Shown piece after piece: positions 24,001 to 38,596 of a stretch of 64,000 bases of DNA. A program made the translations under genes and the position numbers. Each line of letters starts with the position of its first letter. Position 1 is the stretch's first letter. A model generated the notes under the pieces. The model ran no database searches, had not been told where the DNA came from, and saw nothing but the letters and a program-made list of their open reading frames with translations. The DNA is from Utricularia gibba (Eukaryota; Plantae; Magnoliophyta): the NCBI GenBank assembly GCA_002189035.1, contig CM007989.1:5642001-5706000 (forward strand). The letters are read 5' to 3'.

Positions 24001-24816
24001 TCTAGCAGTTAATGCTCCAGCGTAATCTCCAATACAAGTGTGAGCTCTTGGAGGCTGTCTTTTGTCATCGCCTTCAAGGCTTTTCACGAATTCTCATTGT
24101 ATATGCCCTCAGCGGTTTGGTTCAGCTGAACTTTCCCTGGAAATTTCTAAGGGGTTTTTCTCCTCCTCCGTAACACGATCTATGGGGGGCGAGGTCGGAA
24201 TGCTCAATCGATGATTCGGATGCTTTTTCCATGCTAAGCTTCAGCCATGGTATGCTTGTGCTTTACTCATAGTCCATATGGAGTGTTCCTGCTCAATATC
24301 AAATTATGCCCAAGCGATCGGAGGTAAATGATGGAACAGTTGGTACGGCACTGAGCATGAGCATCGGATAATCGGCAAACGGTCAATGTCGGGACACTGA
24401 AATGGGATTCGAACGAGAAGTCGATCGGTCCACAATACTTGGGATTGATAAATTGGGGAGCGTAGGTTTGTGTTTGGGAGCATCATCTGAGCATGGGAAG
24501 ATGACAAGGTGTGAGAAAACATCCTAACAATGGGGAAATCCTAAATATTTATAAAACTCAGTCTCCAAAATTCCAAAACTATTCGTAGACCTCCGTTCCC
24601 TTATTTAACTTAAGTTTGAAGTGCACTTCTTTTTATGGCTTTAGGATCCTAAGATTTAAGAGAATATTTGACTCTAATTATAAAACGTAAAACGAGACAC
24701 CACCAATTTTCCTTCCAAGTGCTAACATAGAGAGCTATAATTTACACCACATTGATACAAGTTACAAGATAAAATACTCCACATGAACTTTTAACGGCTG
24801 ATAAATCTAATGGGTT

Positions 24817-27800
24817 TCATGGCTCACCAGATCTTAAAGCCTTCTCAAGTTCATCAAACTCCCATTCACCAATTTCTTCTGTGGAGTAATCCTGGTTCAG
24901 CTTCCCAAGTTCAGACTCTATTTCTGCCAATTCAGGTTTCGGGTCGAGTGCGGGCTCCTTCGGCAGCATCTTTTCATGATCATCTTTCCTGGCATGAACT
25001 TCGGTTTCTGATTGTTGTGTATTTTTTCCATCTGAAGGGACCTCACGCTCCTCCTCCAACACCTTAGTGGGATCCTCAATTTCTAGAGTTGGTCTCTCAA
25101 TGGATTCAAATTCCTTGCGAATGTCCTCGATTTTGCCAAGAAGAACTTTAACCCTTGGATCCTCTTTGCTGAATTGCCGCAACCAGAGTGAAACAGATAT
25201 ATTCCAAACACAGTTTCAGAGAAGAATTGTAGAAACACACAAATTTGGAATTGAGCTGATGTACCAGGAGATTTTCCGTTGTTGGGCAAAGAACTGCTCT
25301 CTCATGCTATCAACTACGCTGAATGTTGATATTATCTGAGAAAAAAGGAGGTTTTTGCAATTTGCTATCAACGAAACTCATGGTAAGGCGGGTGCAATTA
25401 TATACAAATTAGGCCTGCTCTTGGTATATCAAAGGAGCAAAGTGAATGGTTCACCTCAGATTCGTATTGAATATACTCTTCCTCAAGATTTCTCCTTGGG
25501 CTTGGAGTTCGTGAATCACCAGTATCCACTTCAGTTGTCAGCGACACACTGCAACAAATTTGGAAATATTGAGGATGCAACTCGTTTACAGCTGGAACAT
25601 ATTTGCAACATGAACCTGGGAGTGTACCCTTCACTTATGCTCTTTAAATTATTCACATAATTCTCGATGCGATCAACCAAAGGCCTCAACTCTTTCTGCA
25701 TCAAATGGGTTCACAAGTGTCTTCAGAAACATAAGATCTTGCACACACAATAAGAAATGAAAAAAACAATAAAAACAAGATCCACCTCATATGAAGAGAG
25801 CAGCTCTAGCACCAAATTAGTGAAGTAGTCCTCATGCCTTTCCAGTTCAGAACTATGAAAGACAGATAAGCCACAATCTAGATGTTATCTCAAGAAGGCT
25901 GAATTGGCTGTTTGATGATGGAATCTCAAGTGCTTCAAAACTCCAAAATTTAGTGATGTAAAATGCTAACATACTCTATCTCTTTCTTCCTGGTGTCCAG
26001 ATGAGAGCATTGGATGGACCAAGTATCCTCCAAAAAATTAATCCAAGTACTGAGAACATCAGCTTCTAGTCGGCTTGAAATAACAGATATTGCAAGTTCA
26101 TCCTCCTTCAACATTGTAGAGCATGTCAGATTAGCAACTAAAAAGCGGCTTAACTGCGGGTAGCTCATAAAATTATCCATCCAATTCGCTAGGAAAGGCA
26201 AGCTAAACCTTATTTTTAAGATGCGCAACAATGTGATCATTAGCTTCATAGAACTGATCCCTCTCTTCCCTTAGAGTGAGAAGACGGGATTGGACAGTAG
26301 ACAAGGCTGCCTTTACCTGCCACATTAAAAATGTCCTTTGTTATCCATTTGTTACCCATAATCATGGAAAATGTTCCATCAGAAAGCTAGTCGGGACTTG
26401 CAATAAACAAGAAATTCTTAAAAGTGTGTGACTGTAATATTTTTACAGAAAGAAAAAAAAATTGAGAATAATCATATATCAGAAAAATCTAAACTCTCAG
26501 AAATGACAGGAGGACAGAAAAGGAGAAACATAGTGATGTTAATGAGGAAGGCACGACATCAAGCACAAATACATTGAATTATTCTACCACTTATCAATCA
26601 AATAAATCTCGAAATTTGAAAATGAAAGTTGTGCAAAAAAACATAAATGTGTGGATTACAAAATTCTGAGCTATACTTATAATTTTTTATGAACTTTTTT
26701 AAAATCCAAAGAGTATCAGTATTCACGAGGGAAAGATCATCATGATTTATTATTGCATTTGTAAAGAGAAGGGATCATCATATTCCAGGAATAGTCAGGA
26801 GATTTTGAAGGTGGGGGTGCATTCTATCATATCTTATATTTGTATAAGGTGAAGAGATGAAAACCTTTTCTAATTTTTCCTCTAGTTCATTCTTCTCCTT
26901 CTCAAGCTCCGAAATCTCAGCTGCGAGCTCCTGAAATACCAAAAAAACAAAAAATTTGACGTTGCATATTGACAATAATAAATCAGTGACAGAAAATGCT
27001 CTAGCTATGCAACAATCAAGCAGCGTTGCAGTTATCTGATGCAGGTATTACATTATATAAAACATAATCTTCCATGTCTTGAACTCCTACATTCTTCACA
27101 AGATATATAAATTCTACAAGAAAAATCCCCCCAGAGTGAAGTTTTTCAAACGGGCTCTATTGCAGTTTCAATGCAAGTGCTTAAGGGCATTCAATATCTC
27201 ATGTATATCTCAAAAATGGGTATGCACAGTATCTTGAGGGGATTTTTGTATGGAGTTGTATATGGCTACTTAACCACTAAATTTACTCCAAACATCTATC
27301 ACCAATGAAATGAAAATATCCACCACAGAAGCCCATTATTTAAATTCTTCAACTACTCTTCTCAGTTACGGGTTCAAATAATCAATACTTAAAATTTTCC
27401 TTCTTCATCAACCCTTCTGGGGGTATTCCTTAGCATGCACCCTGAAATATCTGCTATGCAATGTGCGGTTAATGAAATGAGGATATCATGACGAGGAAAC
27501 AGTTAAAAAATGTGATGTTCAATTTGTACGATAAGATGCAGAAATAATCATGTCAAATGTATCACCTTTTCCATATCGCCAAATTCATTGGCCTTTTTTC
27601 CCCTGAAATTCAGAGCATCTTCCTTTTGCAACCTACAAATGAATCAAGAAAAGAACACCAATGTAAATTTCGTTATATTTTGATTCTCAGACCCATAATC
27701 CATTAGGGGACCACACACATTTTATTTTCATCTGCAGTTTCCCTATAACCAGCATTTGACCAACATTTGTGCTATGTTCAACCACAAAACCAATTGTGGA

Positions 27801-30800
27801 ATGGTCCAGCACAATGCCCATAACGATACTTTACTGTATTGCCATTGATGACTAATATTTTTATTTGCCACTTGATAGAATATTTTTTGAAACACCGAGC
27901 AATTAATCTTTTATGGAAAAACATAGTTTATTCATGCTTTTAAATTAGAAAACCCATACAAAGGGCCACACGCTCAAAAGTAATGTGAAATTCATGTGGT
28001 GTTGAAGGCCAAAAAGATGGTTTATAGAGGCTTACGGTTAACAGGCAGTTTACCTGCTATCCGAAATGCGCTTCTCTGCTTTTGAGGAAGAGCTTGCCAA
28101 TGATGCAGACAAGACCTTTAGTTTATCCACCTGCCAAAGACTTGATTTATGTATGGAGATCATCAAACCAAAGTATGAAGCCAATAAGACTTCAGTGACA
28201 GCTTATTGAAGACAAATGCAGCACACTTATCAGGATATTACAACCAGTAAAAAGAAACATGAGAAGTCAAACACTGATCTAATACACAACTGTTTACCAA
28301 ACCATAAACAGAAAAAATAAAAATAAATCATCAGTTCCTATCACCAAAAAATATTTAATCGCCCAAGTACAAACATTAAAAATAAACAAAAGCCAACAAA
28401 AATCTTATACTACCCAATATAGGTTGATATCAGTTCCCCAAATATACCTTTTGCAAATGAATTTCACCTGTGTCCCCATGTTTAAGTGCTTCCTTTTTTA
28501 GCAAAAGCCCTTCTATTCTGGAACATAGTCTGATACGTTTAGATGCTTCTTTCAGAGCCTAATAGAATGAAGCAATGAAATTTTGGTCACTGACTTCCCC
28601 TTCGCAATAGATGATTATAAGAACAGAAATTTCATAATGAACTGTAAGAAACATGATGCATCAATCACACATCTCGAAAAAGTTAAAGAGCATAAAAGCA
28701 AACAAGATAACAAACAAAAGCAAACCAAATGCTTATAGCAGATGTAATAACGAACTCAGGCACCTAAACTAAACACAATAAAATTATCATACATATAAAG
28801 CCCATGAATAACAGGAAGCTAACAGAAATTATCCACCTCAATTTTTAAATCTAGTTTCAAGGGTGCTGTGGAAATTATATTTCCTTCTTGAGTATCTACT
28901 TCTTTAAAGTTATCCAATTGTTTCCTCAATGATATAACTTCAGCGTCAATTCTGCATGGAAGCATTGATTACAAACAGAAAGTGAGTAACATTCACTCTT
29001 CAGAAAGAGGTGCAATGTCAGGTTGGAAAATCTACCATAGTCAGTCACCTAAACAGAAGAATCCAAAGACTAGTTATAAACATTGTTTCTCATAGACAAA
29101 CATGCATACCTTTAACACATCCCCCTGGGATAACAATGCACGTAGAAAAAACAAAACTAAAAAGGGGTATTCCACCTTTCACTTTCAATATTGATTTTCA
29201 GTCCTGTAATAGCTCCCTCAACAAACTGCAACAGTTCTTCTCTCTTGACCTATGCAACCAACAATCAAGCAGCAACATAAGTTGGCTTGTATTTACTGTA
29301 TTCGCAATGTAAGTGATTTCTGTCCAAATATCATGGTGCACAACTAATCTCAGCATATGCGAATCATACCATCATTATTATTTAGCATTTGAAGAGCGTG
29401 GCAGGATATATAAGTGCCAATACAGATTAAATGTTTTCATTTGCAAAAATCAGTTTGTTGCAAACAGATTAGACTGAGAATCAGCTCTTACCAGTACTTC
29501 ATCTTTGTAAGCCGAAAAAGCTTTTGCAAGATCTTGAATGCTGCTTACTATTGCATTATGGACTTCTCTCCCTCCAAGCAGACAGAAACTGCAGTTGAGA
29601 ATATAAGAAATACTCAATTCATTCATATTTTTCCACCAAGTTGCCATTCAAGTATACTTCCCAGTAGTCCTTTCAACAGTAACAATAGCTAACCTGAACA
29701 ATTCAAGAAGCAAAGCAACTTCATCCTCATTTGGGGGTTCAAGAATCTAGATGAGAAAAAGAGTTCAAAATGAAGCTTGGGAAGTTCTACTTTAAGTGGC
29801 AGAAGGGAAGCTGCTTTAGAAACACAGATTAATGCAACGTTTCAAGTTCAAGAAATAAGTATTTAAAGAAGTATCGAAATCATATATAAATTCCGTGAAG
29901 GAAAATGCACTTGTGTAGTCTAAAATGAATCTTAAATGACAGTGTGGTGGAAGCATTACATCCAATTACAGTCTCTACTTCCAGAATAACCGAAACAAAA
30001 CTCATAATAAACAGGATTCATCTTCAACAAAGGAGGAGCAATCATCAAATGTTGCAGAAATGTATTTACTTACCATGCATATTGTTATTCCTTCCAAAGC
30101 CTGGCTATAAAGGAAGACATCACGAAAACTCAGTGGTTGTCCCACCATATCTGAATCATAGTACAGCACCTGCGAATTTTCAAAGGCTGAGAAAATACAA
30201 GTGTGTTCTTGAAAGAGTTTGATGAACCAAATATACGTCTTTCAACTGCTTTCTTGTGTTTTAAGTAGTGATGAGCTAAACAATTTATTGCTAGGATCAT
30301 AAGCTGACCATGGAATGCCTCCTAGGATCTTCTGAATCTTCAGCATGTTGTTGCCGTCCAACACTCTTTCTATCATCTTGAAGTGTAACACCAGAAGGTT
30401 TTTCAAGTTCTCTAATAACAGATAACCATCTTCTCATCAACTCAGTTCTCTCAGTCCCTCTGCACGAGATGGAAGCCTCTTCTAACCTTTTCACTGTCTG
30501 CTTAAAGCTCCTGATATTCTTACCACCCTGAGCATTGTTAGGAGGTGGGTGTTATAAATTCTAGCATAAATCATGAAAAAGAGGGAATTCACATACTAGA
30601 TCATCAATGTATTGATGATCTTACCATTAGATAACCAACAGAAAGAGAATATAGACTGTGGCTAACATGCATAGGTTACACAATAACTAAGAAGATACCA
30701 TAAAGAAGCACTTCAAAACTCCACAAACCATAAGAGAGACAATCCTCCTATCATTTTTTTTAATATACAAATTTTCCTACCACATTAATAAAAAGTTTAC

Positions 30801-31780
30801 ATGGAATCACATGATAGTTTCCTGGAATACGAAGAGAAACCTATGCATTTAGTATATGTTCTAGGGATAGAATAAAGAAGAAAAACATATTAATATCCTC
30901 CAGTGTGAACATCAAATGATCCATTTTACGGATAAAATATGAAAAGCCAATTGATAGAGTATAAAATAAAGATCTATTGGACGGTTAAATATGAAATTAA
31001 AGAATTAAATCCACTACGTTTTCATTACAAACCTTAAACATGAACTGAGAGTAAGGCAACGAGCATCCCAGATACTGAGTGCATCTAGTTAAACTCTATA
31101 AACAACTTCTTGCTATTCATATCCATTTTTACTTTTAAGAAACCTATCGATTCATCTTTATTTTTAATCACATGCACATAAACTCATGACAAGTTACTAG
31201 TGAAGTACTGTTAACCGAGCCCACTAGCATAGTCATCTTCGTGGAACAGCTATTCTGAAAAAAGAAAAGAAAAACAGAACAGCTCAAAGTAAAAAACCAC
31301 TATCATGAGCAACTCGTACTGCAAGCGCTAAGAAGCATAACTTCCTGTTAGTGTTTTACGTTAAAAGCTAGATTCATCAGAATAAATATGACTATCCATG
31401 TTCAGCGAGACAAACACAGAGGACATTCCCGATCAACCCTTATGCATTTTACATGTAAAAAAAAACAAACTAGGGAAGTCAAACTAATCATAATTGCTGG
31501 TACTCCACCCAAACCCAGGTCCATCTTCAGAACAAACCCAAAAACATCCAACAGAGAATAGTAGCTGTAATTGACAATTCAAAAATCATCATCAAATAAG
31601 AATTAACTACTGTTCAAAGAAAGATAGGCATACAATGCGTTCATTGAAGAGTTTGGCGCCATCAGCAACAGCTTGCCCAGCATGGTGGACGACAGAATCA
31701 GCATAATTCTTGAAGGTCCGTGTAAAATTGTTGTTTCCCACCTCCACCGCCTTGTTTACAGCAGAACGAAGCCACGACAT
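24817..31780 (-). CDS. Conserved plant coiled-coil protein of unknown function, 18 exons, intact
   Basis: [102 protein letters not shown]-like [24 protein letters not shown] exon phases were consistent when traced by hand. Confidence 0.88.
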
Positions 31781-34623
31781 AGTCACGACCCCGAAAAATC
31801 GGTCTTCTTGCGGTTTCAAAAGAATGAGTATCCGAATTGGGTATACTTTAGAAAGGAGTGGCTTAGCTCGTCGTTACTTTAGGAATCCACTTGATTGACG
31901 CATATCCTTGGAGTTCCTAAAGATGAAATGTCAACGAAAGAAAGGGAATTGCAGATGAAGGCGTTGAGTACGCCCCTGCTGGGTGCCTCCGATACCCAAT
32001 CAAAAGCTAATCGTTCCCTGGGCCTGTCTTTGGATCCAACAGAAACTGGACCAAGTCCAACTCCTGATAATTCTCTCAATTGCGACACGGGCCACTTGGA
32101 AAATACGTGTCGGATAATCAAAAATGGAAAGTAGCTGTACTTCACAAATTATTTTTATTTTATTATTTATAACTATAAAACCGTGTTAAAGTTCAAAGAA
32201 TTCTATAAGTATGTATAAAAAATTTTAATTTATTTAAAATTAAATAAATAAGATATTCTTAAGTAAATATATTTTTTAAAAAAAATTTTTATTATAAAAC
32301 AATAGCATGTACTCGATGAATATAGGATGGTAATTTAATGGACAATCATCCTCATTTATCTTCATTGTTTATAAAATTTACAAAAATGTTTTATTGTTAT
32401 CCATACTCTTGAATTTTATATAACTAATCTTCAATATTTCAAAATAATATTAAAATTGGATCTCATTATTTAAAAAATTGATCCCAAATTATTTAGTATC
32501 TACTATTTTAGCATAATTAAACCTCAATAATTTAAATATTTTAGACTAATTTATCCCCAGTTAATAATATCTAATTTATTGATTATTTGAGACTAATTAT
32601 ATTCGGTGTTCAAATAGTTATGAACAAAAAACGTTCACAATATGAAAGTTTGGGAATTTATTATGTTGATACATGAAATTGTAGGAGTTAATTATGCTCC
32701 ATACAAAAAATGTTGGGGGTTGATTTCGACAGCGGGGATGAAATGCATAATTTATATGAAAAAGTGATTATTAATTTTACCAAAATGTTAAGTATGGAGT
32801 TTCGTGATGCAATTTCCTCCTAATTTAATATCAAAAGCATTTAAAATACAATAAGCATGCACATGACATAAAATGTGATTTACTTATGAAAAACAATATA
32901 AAATATACGTGATAGGAATCTCAAAAATCCATCGAATTTGGCATATAATTTTCTATGATTTTTAAATATTATATTTTTATAAATAAGTAATTATTTTAAA
33001 ATTAAAATATTTTAACAATACTCAATGGATAAATTCAAAATTCCCGGAATGTTATTTTATTTATTAAATACTATGCACTGAACGAGATTTTTTATATTAT
33101 GTCTAAAATAAATACATTAAAGTGTGTATAAGAAATAATGAAAAATATTGTAGTTGTATCAGCCCCATAGATCGTTTGATCTCAACTTATTTTAATTGAA
33201 TTTTATAACATGAACTTATTTTTAATGAATTTTCTTTTAAGCATGAGACACTTGAAAGAAAATTTCTTCTGTGAGAAAAGTTCAACACATAGCCAACGCG
33301 GGGGAAAGAAAAATAGGGTTTAGATGTCCTTGTGATTCTCGAATTAAACCTCACCCGACAAGAGCAATCAAAAGAGGGTAAACCAAATGCCTAATGAGGA
33401 GCTTCAAACAAACGAGATATAAAACCATAAGGTTGTTGCATATCACGAGTAAGCGTGAGAGTATGCTGCTCCTTCAAGCACATGCACGAGAAAAAATGCG
33501 ATAATGATCCCTTCATTTTGGCAAAGCTCAATCAGATATCTTGCTTAAAATGGTCAGAGTAGGCAGTGAAAGAGGAAAGTTGTGTCGAAGGAAGCAAGAA
33601 GAATAATGCAATAACCGGCATTTGGTAGAAGGAAGGCACCAACAAGCTACTAGCCGAATGAACACCCTAACTTCTTGTAACTCTTCTGGCCTGCATATAT
33701 TTTCCATAGTGAGATCTTCTTCTCTAGTGTGTGAGCACCCTTGGCAACTATCTCGTTGATCTGATTTACTACTTTCCAAAACGTCAGAGCTAGACCTGAT
33801 GACTAACTTGTGGCTCCGTGATATTGTCAGCATAGCATTCTGGTCTGGCATCATACACATCTAACAGTGCACACGGCATTGCCATCACAATTCCACTTGA
33901 AGTTCATGCTACCCTGTCCTTTCACCATCATTTATGAGGTTGATGTGGCAAGTAAACTGCAGCCAAGTCGCATTGCCTCTGCAACTGTGATTCCTAAACC
34001 CATTCGAGTGCCCCAAGGCAGGGTGAAATGCCTTGCCTTGGGAGTGGCCTTAACCCCTCCCTCATGGATCATCAACTTCTCACTCAACTCAACACCCTTA
34101 CCATTGCTATGGATCTGTAAGCTGACTGGCATGCCACCATGGCTTGCTACTTATGCCTTCTCGTGTTGCTACTTATGAAGCTAGTGGCACGGCATGCACC
34201 CAACACATGCATAGGAGCTGGACAAAAAACGCACATCACGTCGCCCCATTGGGCAACCATACACGCACGTCTTTACATATTATATTTCATTTTGGGCATT
34301 TGACGTGGATGCTGCTGATATCTTTGATGAGAACTTGCACAATTATTCCATTCCTTTTTGTTTTCTTTTTTGAAAAAAAGTAAAGTTTTTCTTCTATACG
34401 CATGCATACTTTGCATGTTTAGAAAACGCCTGACTGCATGAATGAAATTCCTAACCTGCCACGCAGCACTGGTGGTATGGACCTAAAATTCCAATGGATT
34501 ACTGCCACAATACCAATTCTTACACAGACGAGGTTCAGATTCATAACGTCTCCTTACTACACGTTGCACAAAAGGATTGACTAACCTTCTCGACATTCCT
34601 TCACTTCCAATGCAACCTGTGAT

Positions 34624-37146
34624 CTACACTTCCGGGCTTGGGCCGTGATAGTCAACATTTAGTTGTGTAGCTGCTGAATTTCCAGGAATCAGCGACCGCT
34701 GCTTCTCTGATGCATAGATATACACAAGGGATTAATCATTTATTCTAGCTAGTTTCTTTTTCTTGTATCTCCTGAGTCCAGATAGTTAAAACTGGGAATT
34801 ACTCTAATGAAATGTAAATTTACAGATGATTACTGAAAAGGCAACAGATGTTGATGACAAACGCTCAAAGCTGCAAAAAGATTGAAACAATATCATTGCA
34901 TGCGTGCTATTTCCCATATTTTCCAATTTTTGAAACCAAGGATTTACTATTAAGCTACACTTTGTTTTCCCAATAATTCAAAATAATCAGCAAAACAAAA
35001 TGGTGAACAGTGCTAACTATCAAATACCCTGCAGAGCTGTTACGTTAGCAAGTTTTTTAATCACTTCCATCAGCGACTGTTCATGCTCCTGCATAAAAAA
35101 TTCGGGTGAACACATCACGCCAATAAGATAGTGGAAATTAACAAGCTCTCAATTTAACTTCATGGTGACCTTAAGCATCTTTTTTGCTTTGCTGATCTCC
35201 GTAAGATCAGGAGGTGTCGCATCAAGTAACTTTTGCACCTACATCAAAGATGGACAAAGATCAAGCAAAAATATGCATAACTTAAAACAACTCCATGTAT
35301 CTCTGAATTATTAACGAAGTTGTACCTTCTGAATTAGTATGTCAGTATTTAGTATTTCAATTTCCTCAAAAGCATCAGACCTAGCAGCATCATGTAGAGA
35401 ATGGATTTCATTTGTCACTTGGTTCGCAGATAGTGCTCTTCCTCTCACAGAATTAAGTCCACCTCCTTCACCTACATGGCGCACTGCAGGATCCTCACCC
35501 ACCCAACGCATATCATCAGGCCGAAACTGCACGAGGTTAATTGTAGCAATTCCATGTCTTAAAATAATGTGGGCATATTTGCATAGGTTAATAATTGCAA
35601 GAAGCTTATCTGTCTTTGGGCAAAACTAAGCTTTTCTCAGAAAATGAACTTCACACCAATGAAACTTGTAGAGCTCAACATATATACTAGTGCGGTAACA
35701 AACAAGTGAAAAATAACTGGCAGTACGAATGTAGACATGCATATAGAAGATATAAGATTTGTATGCTATCCTAATCAAAATGTCAAGCCTTCATCTCCCG
35801 ATACTCAAATCAGCACAAATTAGGTCCAAATAGCATACCATTTTTCACATCCCTCATCAGCTCGAGTTACTAACAGAATTAACCATCAATGATGAATAAA
35901 AAAAATTGAGTTGACAAATGGCAAATCAATCAGCATAGATTAGGTCATAGTAGCGTACAAATCGTTCACATCTTTTATAATCACAAGATACTATAGGCAA
36001 TCACCATGATTTAATGAACATAGAAAATCTGATTTGACAAATGACACATGGTTACCTCTTTAAAGTTAACCCATTCCAAGGTTGCGTTAGGAGTGTTGCT
36101 GTCATACACCAAAGCATGACGACCCTATGAGTATGGAAGATAAAAAGAAGATATAAGAAAGCGAGAACATGCTTGTCACATTGTGCAATAGAAAATCTCA
36201 CTGCAATAGAGAACTTGGCCACCAAAGCAACCTTTGCTCTTCATAACAGTGGTTAGTGTCAAAATGAAACAGTGTTTTTAACATCAATCTTACATCAACA
36301 AACACAGAAGGGGGAAGGAAGAAAACGTACATCTGAAGCATTGTAGTCAGTTATAAGAGCTTCATAAAAATTGTTGTCCTCATGCCATCTGATCATCACT
36401 CTCCTACCAATTAACGAGTCTTGACCACCTTCCGAAGCTTCATTCATCAGGGAACCCGAAGTCAAATGATCACTAAACCGATATTGTGTTGGTTTCCCTA
36501 GTGTGGTGGAGACCGCTTGTCCCTACATCAAATATTACAGACCTTTAGTTCAAATTAATTATAGTTTTTCTGCTTAAATACATAAATATAAGCTAAACGT
36601 ACAGAACTAGGCCTTCGACCAGCAGCTGTAGTAGGTCCCCATTTCCCAGGTAAAGTAAGCGATTGCTGGATACCAACCACCGGCTGTGGGTGTACGGGCT
36701 GAGTTTGCGTACCAAATGGCATTCCAGGTAAGGGTACCCTCTGCCTTTTGCGAGATGCTGAAACAGATGGACTCGGTAATTGGCTGCCAACATGCTGAGG
36801 ATATTGGGGGCTAGATTGTGATTTCCGCCAGACTCCCTCCACTCCCTGATTCTGCGGATGAGATCATCAGCATTAACCTCAGTGAGCAGCTCTCTGTGCT
36901 CATCATCTGAGACTCTCAGTTCCTTTCTTAGCTCTGTAATTAGACCTTCTTTCTCCTGAATATTAGCATCAAAATGAGAAAATCGTGCACCTCAGTCTTA
37001 ATTTTAAGAGAAATACATTGCAAACTCAAAATGAAAATGGAATAGAACGACAGACTTACCCAGGAAAGGGCGTCAGATTGAGCTTTAAAAGCTCGAAGGA
37101 CGGCCCCGTATGCTATCTGCTCTAGACTGTGTATTTCGGCCTCCAT
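34624..37146 (-). CDS. EML: EMSY-like (ENT domain plus Tudor/Agenet-like domain) protein; apparent 1-bp deletion at 36806-36810
   Basis: [53 protein letters not shown] (ENT), [73 protein letters not shown]. The last exon and stop are less certain. Confidence 0.9.
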
Positions 37147-37522
37147 ATCAACCTTTAAATTTCTTCAGAGTGCAACAGCGGGGGTGTGGGTGCTAAAGAA
37201 TCCACCTTTTGCATCGGAAGCTTACATTTTAAGTACGAAAAGGAGGAGCGGTGTCTCAGATTAGCCATTTCGGCTGTTACCTTACGCAGCAGAAGCTTTG
37301 AGTCGCTGATTCCCTTCCACCGGGCGAGAGATTCTCCAAGTTCTCGTCGACAGCAGCAATACCAGAGAGCTTCAAACCTTGAACTTTTGCACGAACTGAA
37401 ACCCTTACCGGCATTTGGGCGTTTGACTCTTAAAAAAATGAAAATTGATTGTCTTAATTTTTCTTTCCGTTGCTGGCTAATTACCGTACAAAAAATAATA
37501 CTTTTATAATATATATTCTATA

Positions 37523-38359
37523 GTTAAAAATCATTTTTTAAGTTATAATGTTTCATCATTTTCATTTTACAGTCAAATACTTTAACTTGTACAAAATTAA
37601 GTCAAAAAGTTTACAAATAAACTCAATTTATGACATTTCGACCAAAAAAATTTTAAAATTTTGTATAATTTGATATATATATTTTTAAATAGAACTAATC
37701 AATATATATTTTTAAAAATATTTTAAATTTTTAAAAATTATTTTTCTCAATTTTTAATATTTCTTCTATGATACTTTCATTATCCAATTTTTTTTGAGAT
37801 TGAAACATCTTAATAATAATAGTGAACATAGATAATGTTTTTTTATTCTTTCTCTAAAGTATTACGTCATCCTCATATGTTTCTTCTTCAATTACATCAA
37901 CTGTATTACACATACTAACAAGACTTTCATTTTGATACTTGAATTTGCATAAATGTTTTTTATTAAAATTGAAATACGAAGAGATAAAAGAAGTTTTGTG
38001 TGTAGAATTATTATTTCTATAATACCATTTTGTAGTAAATTATAAGAAATGAAACTAGAAAAAATTGTAATAATTTTTCATAATTTTTTAATATTTTTTT
38101 CATATTTTTTAAAAAATTTACAATATTTTTTAAAAAATTTACAATATTTTTTAAAAAATTTACAATATTTTTTAAAAATGTATATTAAATTTTAATTCTC
38201 TTTAAAAATATTTATCTCAAATTTTAAAATAGTTTTTAACCGATATGCCATAAATTGAATTTATTGATAAACTTATTGACTGTATTTTGCATAAATTAAA
38301 GTGTTTGACTGTAAAATGAAAATAGGTAAAACATTGTGACTTAAAAAATGATTTTTCCC
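37523..38359. mobile_element. Non-autonomous Mutator-type MITE (837 bp) with ~140-bp TIRs and 9-bp TSD
   Basis: 37523-37660 is close to the reverse complement of 38220-38359 (AAAAATCATTTTTTAAGT...TTTTCATTTTACAGTCAAA...). Flanks TATTCTATA (37514-37522) and TATTCTTTA (38360-38368) match at 8/9. Confidence 0.85.
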
Positions 38360-38572
38360 TATTCTTTAATTAAAAAAAGAGTGCAAACGTGTCATAAGTT
38401 GGAAATAGCATAACATTAGATAGTGTTTGGTGATGATAATACAAGATTCATCATATATTCAAAACCCACTATTTTACATATTTAATTCAATAATATTATA
38501 TGTTTTTTTACTATTTATCTAAATAATATAATTCATATTCAAAAATAATATTTTTATTTTTATAATTTGAAA

Positions 38573-38596
38573 TATATATATATATATATATATATA
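38573..38596. repeat. (TA)12 microsatellite
   Basis: Direct reading of the sequence. Confidence 0.9.

Noticed and set aside
24000-24530. GC-richer LTR-like segment next to the Copia LTR
   Set aside because: No paired termini or TSD could be established, so it is left unassigned.
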